From Lingula anatina (Eukaryota; Animalia; Brachiopoda), in contig CM120643.1 in assembly GCA_051362555.1 (NCBI GenBank), positions 12,188,644 through 12,252,643 on the forward strand: DNA of 64,000 nt. Reading direction: 5' to 3'. The position numbers and the translations under genes were made by a program. Below are positions 40,520-53,265 of the stretch, piece by piece. The notes below the pieces were generated by a model. The model had not been told where the DNA came from. It was given only the letters and a program-made list of their open reading frames with translations, and ran no database searches. Each line of letters opens with the position of its first letter. Position 1 is the stretch's first letter.

Positions 40520-40757
40520 TTGTCATGCTTGACAATGCTCTGTGGAGAGGCCTCTTTAGTAGTGAACCTGGAGTAAACTGGCCGCAGTCACATCACTGAC
40601 CCTTCTATTGAGATGCAGAGTAGGGAACACGGTGAGACAACAATTGACCACTCCACTGGACATTGCTATTCACAACTGACCACTCTATTCATATTGACTG
40701 ACCAGTTCCTCCACCTCTTCTCGCATGCCTTGCATATAAATTTCACCCCGATGATTG

Positions 40758-40759
<2 letters not shown>

Positions 40760-40842
<83 letters not shown>
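40760..40842. repeat. (AT)n microsatellite
   Basis: Directly visible. Confidence 0.95.
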
Positions 40843-40845
<3 letters not shown>

Positions 40846-40895
40846 TCATGAGCTAAAAGGACAAAGTTAGTTTCCAATAAACTTTCATTAATATA

Positions 40896-40896
<1 letters not shown>

Positions 40897-40939
<43 letters not shown>

Positions 40940-41970
40940 GTTGGGTTGGATTGGGGAGGGGTGTGAGAGTAACTGGATAGATGGAAAATTTTGTCAATGT
41001 GTGCTCAGATTGTCCACTAGCCATTGATTCTGCTTATTTTCTGGCACTTGCAAGACTGACCCATACCCAAGTGTTCCATGCTACCTTTTCCTTATTGCAC
41101 TCAATGTCCTTGGGTTCTTATGTCAGCAGGTTCATTACCTCACACTAAATACCTATCGCATTCTTTATTTCGTACTGGACCCTAGCGACATTATTTATTG
41201 TGAGCCCTTGGGATTATTCATACTATCTATGATATCGCTGAAACTGTGCGATATCATTTTCTTAATGCACCCCCTGCTACTGCTTTTCATTTCTTATATC
41301 TGACATTTCAAGCTTAAAATGAATATCTAATGGGCTGGCAATTCTAGGCATTTGGGCTTGATCTTGGTCACTGATTTCTGGTGCTCTATCCACGTCTTCA
41401 GGTTATACTCTATAATAAATCAGACAATCAAGAAAACATTTTGTAGAACTATAGTGTCAGCAGCCCTTAATCTAGCTATCACATCTCACTTCATGCCCAG
41501 TACATAAGTGATATTCTTTTTTCTTCTCTGATGCCCTGGGGTATAATTGGATCTTCAAATCAGTGACCATATGATATTATTTCTTTAATCATGTTCACTG
41601 AACTCTCTTATGTGACATTTCTAGCTTGAGTTAAACATCTGCTATCATCTTGTAGAGGACAGATCCCGTTTTTTTTTTTTTTTTTTTTCTTTTTGAAGGG
41701 TGTTTCTTATAGTTTGACATTGTCTTGAACATCAAATTAATTTCCTCTGTCGTAAACATATTTTCTGGTTTCTATTTCTTGACTTCAATTTCACTTTAAT
41801 AGATTTCTCCGTCTTTTGTCATCATGACTTGATATTCCATAAATTTTAATGACATGGATTATACTAAATTCATCCTATTTATATTATGATTACACCCCCT
41901 CTGACATACATATTGCACTTCTTTTATCATTATCCAAGATAAATATCTCACGACAGACATCAGTTACAAT
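40897..41970 (-). mobile_element. Highly decayed 3' portion of an RTE-like LINE with (TAA)n tail
   Basis: Minus-strand fragments in mixed frames: (K)TW...TKI near 41400, DIRNE near 41300, NPRT...AIR near 41110, then GT.G...LAS. Their order recalls the RTE ORF2 C-terminus (ETW..., RIRNE, GRPR..W). The region ends in (TAA)n at 40897-40939, and RTE clades have short-repeat tails. Confidence 0.4.
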
Positions 41971-42444
41971 CATATAACTTTTGAACTGAAAATAATCTCT
42001 GTTTAAATTCATCTTTCATCACAACAACCAAAATGTCAAAGACACTAAATTAATACATCTATAATATTTCAATATAAAATCCATTTAATGGTGAAATAAG
42101 CCTATGTCCCACCATTACCAATTCCTAGATAAACTAATATAAACTAATATATAAATATTATATATATACCTATGGCTACCAACTTGCTAATTAATAACCC
42201 TACATATATATTACTACAATGATAAATCCTGCCTATGATTAAAGAAGCAGGTGCCCCCATCACAAGGAGTGCCCAGATTACAACCAAATTACAAACATGG
42301 ACACAGACATACTTCACCAGCTTCACCTGTTTAACGATTCCCGAAACCCTGTGCTATGTCTAGACACATACTGGCTAGCCTTAAATATCCAATGAAGTGA
42401 CCCAGTCGTTTCCTAGACTGAATCAAAACATTTCCTTGACTCAC

Positions 42445-42464
42445 GTCAATATCTCTGTCCACAT
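42445..42464 (-). CDS. Candidate short first coding exon MWTEIL (phase 2)
   Basis: ACT-ATG at 42464 and donor GAC|GTGAGT, within the GC-richer 42.3-44.4 kb zone. Very short, so it could be chance. Confidence 0.2.
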
Positions 42465-43648
42465 AGTGCGTTGTACTGTTAGGTGAAGGCTGGGTTAACC
42501 CAGTCAGTATATATTGGCTATGTGTGCTTTACCATATCCTGACCATAGCTAGAGTACACAGCAGCTAGCCACTGGCTGGTTGTAGTAGTCACAACATCAA
42601 GACTAACTAAGACCAGAAATAAACGACCTGCGATGACATCAAACTGTCAAGTTTAACAGGGACGGGCAGGCTTATTTTACGATTAAATACCTTATGATGT
42701 CAACTGGTTCATTTTGGAGTTGGATCTGGAGTGAACAGCGCCTTATTAACACAGCTTTGCGAGTACAGCTAAAAACAGGCTGTTGCATTCTATACATACA
42801 TATAACATATAAATACACACACTTAATCTATACAGACGTATATAAATATTCCATGCCATGGCGGGATATTCCTCCATATTACACAGCAAAGCTTCCATGG
42901 GCTGGCCATATTTTGTGAATGGATCACGATTTAAAAAGTTTTAAGGCTACTGAAAGAATACAGATGATACCAGCCTTTAAGATTAGAGGTCAAACTGGGC
43001 TATAATGACAATAGAAATTCTATCATTGCACATGAGTGTTTTAATCCCATTTACAAAGATATAAACCATCCCAGTTTGGTCAGGGAGAACTGAAAATAAA
43101 CTTTTACTTTTACGCCAGGCTTCCATGACCTAACCGGGACCTCGGCTGTTTCATAACCTGTAACATTTACCCAACCCAAACAAACAGTGATATTTTATAG
43201 TTGCCAGGCCAGTGAAGTAGCCGTCAGTGCCTTGCAGGCTGGCAGGGAGCTCTGTAAACACAAGGCTATGCTGAGCTCGTTTCTCACTTGAAATCTCTAC
43301 AACCATGCAGACCATGTGTGACCAGTCCCACACATAAGCCTAAGCTTACTAATAACCCTGACCAGGTTAATTCTTAATCAACCCATACATTTTACTACAG
43401 CCAGGCTCCATCATTTCATATCATATCATACCCTATCTGTCTGCCAGGCTATAAAAATCCTAGCCTAACCCAGGTAAGCAAGCGTGTAGCTTTAACCACT
43501 CACTGTAGTAATCCGAGAATTTAAGCCTGGTAGCTTGACCAAGGATGGTCACAGCTCCCGTCTTAACCTCACTCACTTCACCTGACCTGGGCCACGCAGA
43601 CTGCCGCCTCTTAGTCCAGCTAGCCCCTAGCTCATCTGATCTACTTAC

Positions 43649-43708
43649 ACTGTAATCTGAAGCTCTGCGATGCCCCCTGAAGTCGTCTTTTGGATCTCTC
43701 TCACACAT
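43649..43708 (-). CDS. Candidate first coding exon MCERDPKDDFRGHRRASDYS (phase 0)
   Basis: First in-frame ATG after an upstream stop. 20 codons of protein-like composition including an RRxS motif. Donor AGT|GTAAGT. GC/CpG-richer context. Confidence 0.45.
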
Positions 43709-44009
43709 ACACACCACCCTGCTACTATAAGCTGTTGCTGTGTCTGTGGTCAGGCCTCTTCCTCAATGATATTATCTCCTTAATGTCAGCAGCAATGGCA
43801 GCAACGACACAATCCAGTCTCCTCCACAGCTGTTAACCGGTTAAGTATACAGGGAACAGAGCGTCCACTGTCCTGGGAACTGGCTCTATATATATATATA
43901 CTGCACTGCACTCACACCTTGGCTAGAGTAGACAGCAGTGTAACAAGCCCAATTCTCTTCAGCTGATTCCAGGAAACGGCCTCCCAGAAATCTGAGCTTA
44001 AGTACTCAC

Positions 44010-44340
44010 TCTACTATGTCTCCTGGTACTGAACCAACTTAGTCGTAGTATATAGTAGTAGTATAGGAGTAGTAGTGGTAGTAATAGTAGCTAGTCCATG
44101 CCCGTCTGGTAAGATCCTCGAATCCCTCTGGGATTTCAACCAGTGCACTGGAAGGAGTGGAGTGACTGGGCACCGATCTATTTTTGAATACAGGATGGAT
44201 CGCCCAGACAGTCGCGGCAGACAAAGGTCAGAGGTCAACCCAGCCACATGATTGAATTATTCACTATGTTGGGCTAGCTGACTGCTGCTGCTGCTGCTGC
44301 TTACAGTGCTAGCTCGCTGGCTACTCCATAATAAACTCAC
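44010..44340 (-). other. Candidate 5'UTR exon or promoter-proximal region
   Basis: Donor AGA|GTGAGT at 44010/44009. CpG-richer, with (CAG)n and (TAC)n low-complexity tracts. The 5' end is approximate. Confidence 0.3.
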
Positions 44341-45793
44341 TCTCGCTTAAGAAAAAAAAATCAATTTCCATAAAGGTCAGCCTGCAGTGCATTTTTGCCA
44401 GTCAGTCATAATGAGTGCAAAAACCTACAGGGAGAAGTGAAGATGGAACTGGACTGATGTTCATATCTGTAGACATATATTATTAGAATGCATACACATA
44501 TATAATGATAATAATTATTCCATCCAGGGTAACAAAATACCACTTGCCTAAAAGCAGTATCCTAGCTTCTTTTCTTCCCTGCTCTGTGTATTTAAAATTA
44601 CTTTAACTAGGCAAATGAACATACTGAATTTCTCTCTCCAGTACTACATGAGATTGTGGAGTAAAAAAAATCTTCTGATGACTCTAGAGATGCGAAAAAA
44701 GTGTTTTGTGGAAGTGTACTACAGCGTAAGGCACCACAATATTCAGAGAGTATTCTACTCCAGTCAACTTGGACTGTGTTTTACCATAATAAATTCCACG
44801 CAATGAAAAAAGTCCTGCAGTTTTCTTATAGCTTCAAATACAACCAGATATCAATGCTGGTATTTTGGGGAAACCCGAGCCACATTAAGAAGAATGAAAA
44901 TATTTTACGTGCATCCAATGTATGGCACTGTGTATAAAAAGACCATACATCTGACCAGTACTATATAGACAGATATGATGCTAATAATGCTTGGCATGCT
45001 GAACATGTGTTTCCCTCTGTTTCACTCCCAGGTCAAGAGAGAGAGAGAGGAGAGGGGGGGGGAAGAAATCTGCACTATTAATATCCTCAGCAGGTAGCAA
45101 TACCAGACACCGTCTTCCATTTACAATAGCCACAGCATCAGTAGCCAAGACAAGCTCATGCTGGCGCACTCTGCAGGCAAGTTCACAGACAAAGTTAGAC
45201 TGGCAATAGAGTAAGTGATGTCACCAGCAGACTATGCCTTGATAAGACTTCCACATCTCACATTGAGTGATATGAATGTCTACTGATGTCAATAGATATA
45301 TATTTTTATTTAAGTTGACTCAGTTGTGAACATGCCTGAAGACAGCTAGCATTATCAACATGCCAAGATAGTTGTCCAGTGAACTCTTGCTTATAATACT
45401 TTTTGTTCTGCCAAAATCTTTTTTTTTTCTTTTATTGCAAAAATGAGATTATTCTTTTATCATTTTACTTATATTAATCTTTGATTTAGTGAAATACTAT
45501 TTTAATAGCTTTGAAGGAAAAAAGGCCTCAGCGATCCAAGCAATCTATATGATATTTCTTTCAATTGTAATCAGCATTACTATAATCATTAAAAATTACA
45601 TAAACATAATCTTCTGCAACAAGGTATACAGCAGCCACTTACTTGCTGTCAACAATCTCAAATGGAATAAAATCATATATATATGATGTGTTGCTGGTAA
45701 AAAAGTGGGTATAGCATTTTAACGGGGTGTGGAATACATTAAAGTTTTATGTTCAGACTTAGCATGACAACGACAATCTATGTGATCATAACT

Positions 45794-45923
45794 GAAAATT
45801 AAGACAGTTGATTGCATTAGGTCATGTAGAGATAAAAGTTCTGTTTGCAGTGAGACCAATTGACCCAATTGATCAATGTTATGAAAAATTAGAGTTGATT
45901 GCATTAGGTCAAGCAGAGATAAA
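45794..45923. repeat. Spaced direct repeat, about 40 bp x2, period about 87 bp
   Basis: AGTTGATTGCATTAGGTCA.G.AGAGATAAA at about 45806 and about 45893. Confidence 0.85.
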
Positions 45924-48900
45924 CCAGTGCTGCTGGTAACTAAAAATGACTAAAATAGATGAAGAAACTTCGAAAACAGTCTTTTAGAAAGATATCTATC
46001 TGGCATCTTACTACACTTTCTACTTCTAAAACAGTTAAAAGGCCAATTTTAATACTGTAAAGATAAATTGCATGAACCTCAACTACCCATGACAAAAAAG
46101 AAAACCTGAGACATTCTTGTTAAAAGACGAAATTTAATCAATAAATAGCCCTCTATTAATTCAAGAACCCATACTGCGTTTACACCAAGCTATGTTAAGT
46201 CATCTGTGCTGACAAACTGTTTTTATTTTCAGTTCAACCACCTTCAACTGCAACACACTACTCTATTACCAGTCTAAAGTGCATTTTATTCTCTTTTTTT
46301 CACTCTAAACGAATGGTGGAGGTGGGGTCCCCCTTGGACAAGGATTTTCATTTCCTCCACACTAACTAGATTCCTTTGAGATCTGTTCGCTACCATCATC
46401 GCCATGTTCCTGCAATGTGATTAGATTCATGTTCCCAACTTCTTCAATATACACTGGAAATTATGAATGAAAATGTTGCCAAGCAACAGGGCAAAGCATG
46501 AGATATATACCCAAGAGATCCGAGACACGCAGGAGATTAAATGGCTAGTTACAGGTATGAAAGAGATGCTTCACGCTACAGTATGAGAGCTTTCCTCAGT
46601 GCCTCCACTTTATAATATTATGGATGAAAAGTAAAAAAAAAAAAAAACTCTTGAGGACAGACAAGTGCTCTAGATCTCTTAAGGGCAATGCTCTGCAGTG
46701 TTGTATAAAAATAACTTGTATTCTTAGAAATGAAACTTGATTGCATACATTGGTGAAGGTCTATTGACTTGTTTACAATTGGTAATTTTTTTTGTCATAA
46801 ATTCAACTATAATCAAACTACATAAAATTGTTCTGAAACTATATCACATACATACATCATCATAAAAAATCCATAATATTCTTGAAAAAAAAATGATCAG
46901 CATATTTTTAAGATAAATACATTTTCACTAACATATAAGCATAGAAAATCTAGCCGTCTACCCAGTACAACTACAAATAACAACAACAAATCAAACAGTA
47001 AAACAGATAACAATGTTTTATACCAGAACAGTTTTATTTATACCGGGTACAGCTAAGCACCCATTACTCTCTGAGAGCATGGCGGTTATCATTCCTCTGA
47101 CAACCGAGCAAACGGAAAGCTTATCTCTCCAAGTACTACGCATCTGCACGCCAAATCAACTGGTTCTTTCTACATAACTCTAACATCAAAGGGGAGGAGG
47201 CAGGGAACTGACTTAAAGGTGCTTTTTTTTAATTCAATGGAAACTTGAGGTAAGTGATACTTTTCTAAGATGGACCACCTCAGGAGCAGGACACGTCTGG
47301 CGGTGACCTACTTGACATCCATGTGCCTGTCTACATATTAATGTGCGCCGCATATTGTTAAAGTGCAAAATGCAACAAATTAGGGGCCCATTCAAAAGTA
47401 AGGTAGGCAGGAAAGTACGCTACTTTTTTTGCTGGTGTAAAACTTGTCAACAAGGAAAGCATACTGTTCTTTTTTTTTTTTTTTTTTTTTTCAAATGAAG
47501 AAAAGATGAGTTCATTATGTCATTTTAGGTATTACATTACATCTACCTGCAGTACAGCCAAGTTAAATATGCATAACTCTTATTAGGATATAATGAAATG
47601 CTAATTTGGATATACTCTGCAAGGCTTTTGTATGATTAATTATATTTTTAAAATGTGATTTTACAGACTAACTTCTATGAGGACAAATCTGTATCAATTT
47701 TTAAAAAAATAATCATTATTAATATCATTTTGTTTTGATAGACTGTTTCAGTTTTGTTCATCATTTGCCACCAGTGAGACCTAATATATTTTATAGCACC
47801 ATTCTACAGTTATGAAATATTAAAAAATATCACAAAAAGCATTGAAATACGATGTTTTTAAAAACAATTACTTTTCACAAGACAATAAATTCTAATTTTT
47901 TCCAGTGTACTATATCTTCATTATCCACAAAGGTGAAAGTTAAAAAATATCTAGTTTATTTTCAATGAAACAAAACTGACAGAACAAAAATGCATGCTGC
48001 TTTAGGATAAAAAGGGGTTGTCAAAAACAAAACATGAGAAAATCAGAAAATGGCAGGAAAAGTGCAAAGAGGGAAGTTATCCTGGACCCACAAGAAACAA
48101 CTGTCAACATGAAATTCTATATAGCATGATCAACTGTTCACTGATTATTCTAAAGGCATTTATCAAATATTCATATAATTTTCAATTAATAAATCTTAAA
48201 TTATTTATCAACCAGACCCTTTTAACCCCCACCCCCATCCCAACAATATTTCTCCATTTAAAGCCTTCATACTCAAAGCCCACAGTTTAATATCTGTACT
48301 CAACTCCTCACCATGTTCAGGTTTTTAGAAAGTCCCAAACCAGCCATATAAGAGAGTGTGGTAGGAGAGAATGCTTCAGATATACCAACTTTTATGTATA
48401 TTCATCTTCATGAAAACCTAGCATCCCCAAAAATATGTTCTTTTTTCTTTCAAAATGTCATAAAACGAACAGTATCCATTGTAAATAAAAGAAACCATTA
48501 ATAACTCTTAAACAAAAATGTTTCTTTGGGTGTAAATAAGGAAAAAAAAACATTGAAAATAACAAAGAAAAGTAAAATCAAGGAAACAAGCTAGGAGGAT
48601 CAAGTCTGCTGTATCACATTCAACATATAAATTTCCCCCAAACCCTATCCAACCAGTTTTTTTTTTTTTTTTAATATTTGACCCTTAATCCTTCTTGTAC
48701 CCTTGAGTGCCACTTTCAAATTAAAAATAAATGACCGCCAATATCCAATTGACCCCTCCCCATAAACTACCCTTGCTCCACCCTTCCCTTTAACACACCT
48801 TGACAACAAAATTTTCCCCTAAAAAACTGACCCCCTTTTTATCTTTTTACTGAACCCTTTTCCAGACCCCCTGAAAGATCTATTTTTCAGCCATTGTTCT

Positions 48901-49589
48901 CTGTGAGGACCACTTTTTTTTTCTTTACCCACATCCTTGCAGGCAGATGCCTGGGTTCTTCTGACCCTTCCAGCGGCCATCGTAAAATCTGGGTCATCAA
49001 GTGAGGAACAATAAAGCAGATCTAATGGAGACAATAATAGTGGTGATCATTTAATATCTGCTGTATAATCACATCAAGCAAATTACCCAAACGGTCACTA
49101 CAGGGAGCTCAAGGCTTGCAGTCACTGAATTACTAATAATAAATTAATATTCCATATGCACTTAATGTAATGGAAGACGGTCAGTGGAAATGATCCCGCC
49201 TTGGGCTACTTTTCTTTGTGTTTGAAGCAGAATAGCATGTATTTTTAAAAATCAGGAAAGATTGCATTTATGGGTCAGAAAATATTTTCAGAAAAAAAAT
49301 AAGAATAATAATCAAGAAATTTGAGCTCATAGTCAAAACTATGGCACATTTTAATTTGACTGAAAATGTATAACATGTGGTATAGCTTTACACCATCCAG
49401 TCTGTGTACCCTCTGAAATGACTTTAAACTCTCAATATTTACTGCAGCAGTCTTGTGGTCAGTTGGTGGCGTGGTCATCACCATCGCTACTAGACATCCC
49501 AGATCAATACTGCCCGCAGGACTAACCGCAGTTGCCATGGCTGATAAGAAATTCCACTGACCACCGACCTAGAGTTCACTGAAGCTTAC

Positions 49590-49627
49590 TCAGTCTTCTC
49601 CAAGAAATCAATTGTTGTAGTCTGCAT
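49590..49627 (-). CDS. Candidate first coding exon MQTTTIDFLEKT (phase 2)
   Basis: Good start context GCC-ATG at 49627 and donor TGA|GTAAGC, next to a CpG-richer patch (49460-49730). Confidence 0.28.
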
Positions 49628-52600
49628 GGCAAATTGATATTTCTAGATCCCAAGACACTCTGGACTCGCATATATTCTGCATGCATTAGTGGATATAGGC
49701 CACAAGGTCAACTTGGTGCGTTTTCCTCCCGTCTTTTTTTTTATTATTGGATGAAGGAAGCAAGGGGGGGGGGGGGGGTCATGATAGTAAAATTAGGGGT
49801 TTGGGGTTTGGGCATGATTATATCAAAGTATTTTCAGTAGTACAGACATGACAAAATAATAAGCTTAATTATATTTTTGATAACATAATTGGATTATTTC
49901 TTTAAATGACAAATATTCAATTTTTGAATCATGTATTAAAATATATAATAGTATTTTAAGTAGTTAAAGGCATAAAAAAACAACCACTAGCATTTAACAT
50001 ATATTTTTGACAATTAAATTAACTTAAATAAAAATTAAAAAGACATTCAACAGCACATTAATTATACAAAGAAATGAAATTCAGACTAAATCTTCAATCC
50101 TTATATCTTTAACAACCACTCCTTTACATACAATATTCAAACCTTTCCAACTAAAAGTAATAACACAATATCCATTACATTTCTTTTTCATCTTTCTTTT
50201 TTTTTTTTTCTTCTTATTGGCACTTCCACACCTTGAACCAATTTTAAAAGAGTAAATTTTCTCACCATTTTTTCTTTGGATATGAAGAGATGAAGATTCT
50301 TAAGAAGGAAAAAAGATGCATAGAGTGGTGGAGTCCTGGGTGGAATGGCCCAGTGGTAGATTGAAATGGACACACATTAAGGCATACACAGTAGAAATTA
50401 AGCCCAGTAGCCGTAAAGTTAAGCCATGTTGCATTATAATGCACATTACAAATTTAAAGAAACATCTAAAAGCCTTGGCAATTAAGACTCTTTAAATTCT
50501 CCTGAACAAGTCACAGTATGAGATAAAACATGGTTTTAATACATGGTTTTCTGTTACAGTACAAGTTGCTTTGCAGACAATTCTGCTGATGAAAAACTTC
50601 AGACATACAGATGAAAAAGTTTCCTTTTTCTACCTTTTTCACTGTAACATATCAGCCAAACTATATCCCTTTTAATTTCAGTGTTACACTTTTCTGTATG
50701 GAAACACTCTGAGAGATAAAAAAAATTTAATAGCTCAACTCTTATGTAAGAGACTCACCTAAACAGACCCTTCCCCACTACAACCTTAAGTATAGCTCTT
50801 CAAAATTCAAGTCCATCAGAAAAAAAAACACCATAGAACACCTGGCATCATCAGGGGCATATTCTATGATGTAAAAGCCAGAAGGTTAGCAGCACAACCC
50901 TATAACTACCTGAAACACTAAAACAGAACACTTTCAATACCTTACACATTCCAGGTTACATTCTGAGGAAAGCACGACCCTCACCCCTTAATAATAACAC
51001 AGAAACAAAACTTAGAAAACTACACTCTGTATTGATAGCAACAGGTAGTGGATGTCATGTCGATGTTCCATGGTTTAATTGAGTAGCGCCAGGTGAGAAA
51101 GGTGGAAAGATGAGGACTAATGAACCTGGTCCCTAACCAAAAGAAAAAAAAAAAAGAATTCTGGATTGTTGCAATGAAAAAAATACCAATTTTGAGAGTA
51201 CACAATCTTGGCACCATGTTAACTTCAAGGTATGCAATTTGCATTTGAAATCATGCCCCCAAAGTCATATTTATTTCTATGATGTCTACATATCTTGCAA
51301 AGCTATCTTTCCCCGATTCAGGCCTTAAAAATGGTAAATCCCTGAAATAAAAGTGCCGCCTGATGCCAATATAATTTCCCTCTGAAATGTCAGGAAGACT
51401 ACGGCAGTCTAATTGTCTGACCAGACATTTAAGTAATTTCATTAAAAATGGTATAAAACATCAAATCCAAGTGTAAGGATCAGTCGAGCAATGAAAATAG
51501 CGTGGGAGAAAAAAATTTCTCTAGGAAAATCAAATTTAGAGCAAAAAAAATCCTGGATAGGACACCTTTAATGGCAGACTCCCAAACTTGGCCTAGAAAA
51601 CAGCAACAGCACTTGGTCGATCATGATCGTTCTGTCAGCTAAACTGTACTGAAGGCTTACAAGGAACTACCAAAGCCGTAGAAGAGGCGTAAGATCAAAG
51701 TTAATATCCTCATCTGTCAGAGGGCTATTGGTAAAGAAACAAAACAGCCTATATACCTCCTACATCATCACTCACTTACTGTACTACACAGCTAGCATCT
51801 TAGACAGATGTTAGGCTTTTTATCTGACTTTTTTTAAAGTAAAAATAATCTATATTCTTGACCTTAGCAAAACCTCCACTGGCTAGCTAAACAGGTGTTG
51901 GACATACATCTTTTCGTGAAAATATGAAAATTCATTTTTCTATGCATTCATCCAGTCTTACATACATCAAATCCAATAATAATTAATCCAATCAAAATTG
52001 AATAACTTCTGCTGACGATAGCAATTAATTCCTTTTAAATATGCTCCAAGACTTACAGTTCTTAAACTAATTTGGTTTTGCAATGATATTCCAAGCTTTG
52101 GCATGTTTAAAACTCTCCACTCCATGGGGAAAAAGCTCATGTCACGCACACTTAAACTTATGCAACTTTATAGAATTATAAATGTCATATTAAGAAGAAA
52201 ATAAAACCTTTTAGCCAACATTACCCAATGAATTAACTCAGATTAAAATCAGTTGTTTGCTTATTGAATGACTCCAGAACTATTCAATTTTTAAACTGTA
52301 CAGCTTTTTTGGACACATAAAACATAGACACGCCCACTGAGAGATTATTAGACCACAAAATTTACGTGGGAAGCTCTAACTTGCATGTAAAAAACTTTCA
52401 TATTGACTGCAAAATAATACAGCCCAAAGCAGGTTGCATCAAGTTTTTGTCTTTCCATCTTTTTTATCATCATCACTTTATTCATTTTTCATGAATTCTT
52501 CAGGAAATGAGATGATATGTGATTCGCTAATTGTTTTAGAACAAAATTAACATTAGGTTTTTTTTAAAATAAAATAGACTAGTCCTTTAATTTAGTCCCA

Positions 52601-53008
52601 CAGATAAAATTTCTTTTATTTATATACAAACCGGATCTATTTTTCAACTAAAAACTTTCTTTCAGTTAAATAGGCCAAATCTTTGTACAGATCCATTTTC
52701 CCCTCTGTTGAAATAAACTGTATCTCCAGAGCTCTTAGAGCACCATCCAGTCAAGTAGTTGCCATAATCACACCATGAACGTATGCCATTCTCCGCCACT
52801 TCCAACTGCCAAATAAATTATCAAACAAACAAACACTGAAACCAATCAAGCCCACTTAGAATGCACAAATCCTGGTTTAAATGTGTTTTAAGTGTTCCCT
52901 AAAGGCAGCAGACTGTAGTACGTCTGTCTGGATTTACCCAGTGTTGTTCCAGGTATTTTCACCTTGCATGACTTGCCTGGAGGTTTTATGGTCTGGGCCC
53001 TGGGAGAT

Positions 53009-53265
53009 GGGCCAAAATTTGAACTTTCTACAAATCTTTTTTCTTTTCCAATGAATACAAACGGACCCTTAACCAGTCCATTTGTTTGAGTAGGATCAGT
53101 GGGAGTGGGGTGAGGGCAGGGTTATGGTGGAAATCTGTACATAGACACCTGTGCTATCACATGCAGGCACAATTACACATGTACACACATACATATACAC
53201 ACATACATATACACAAGGACCCTCTTGGGCAAAATTTTGAACTTTCTGTATCCTTTTTTTTTTTT
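53009..53265. repeat. Spaced direct repeat of about 35 bp
   Basis: GGGC(C/A)AAA.TTTGAACTTTCT...ATC.TTTTT at about 53009 and about 53227. Confidence 0.7.

Noticed and set aside
50335-50365. tRNA/SINE A-box-like TGGCCCAGTGGTAGA
   Set aside because: No B box or cloverleaf downstream.
51224-51570. Second TTAA/Kolobok-like element (also lone ends near 1130, 33405, 34300 and 52590)
   Set aside because: Only one convincing terminus each; partner TIRs are too degenerate to call.
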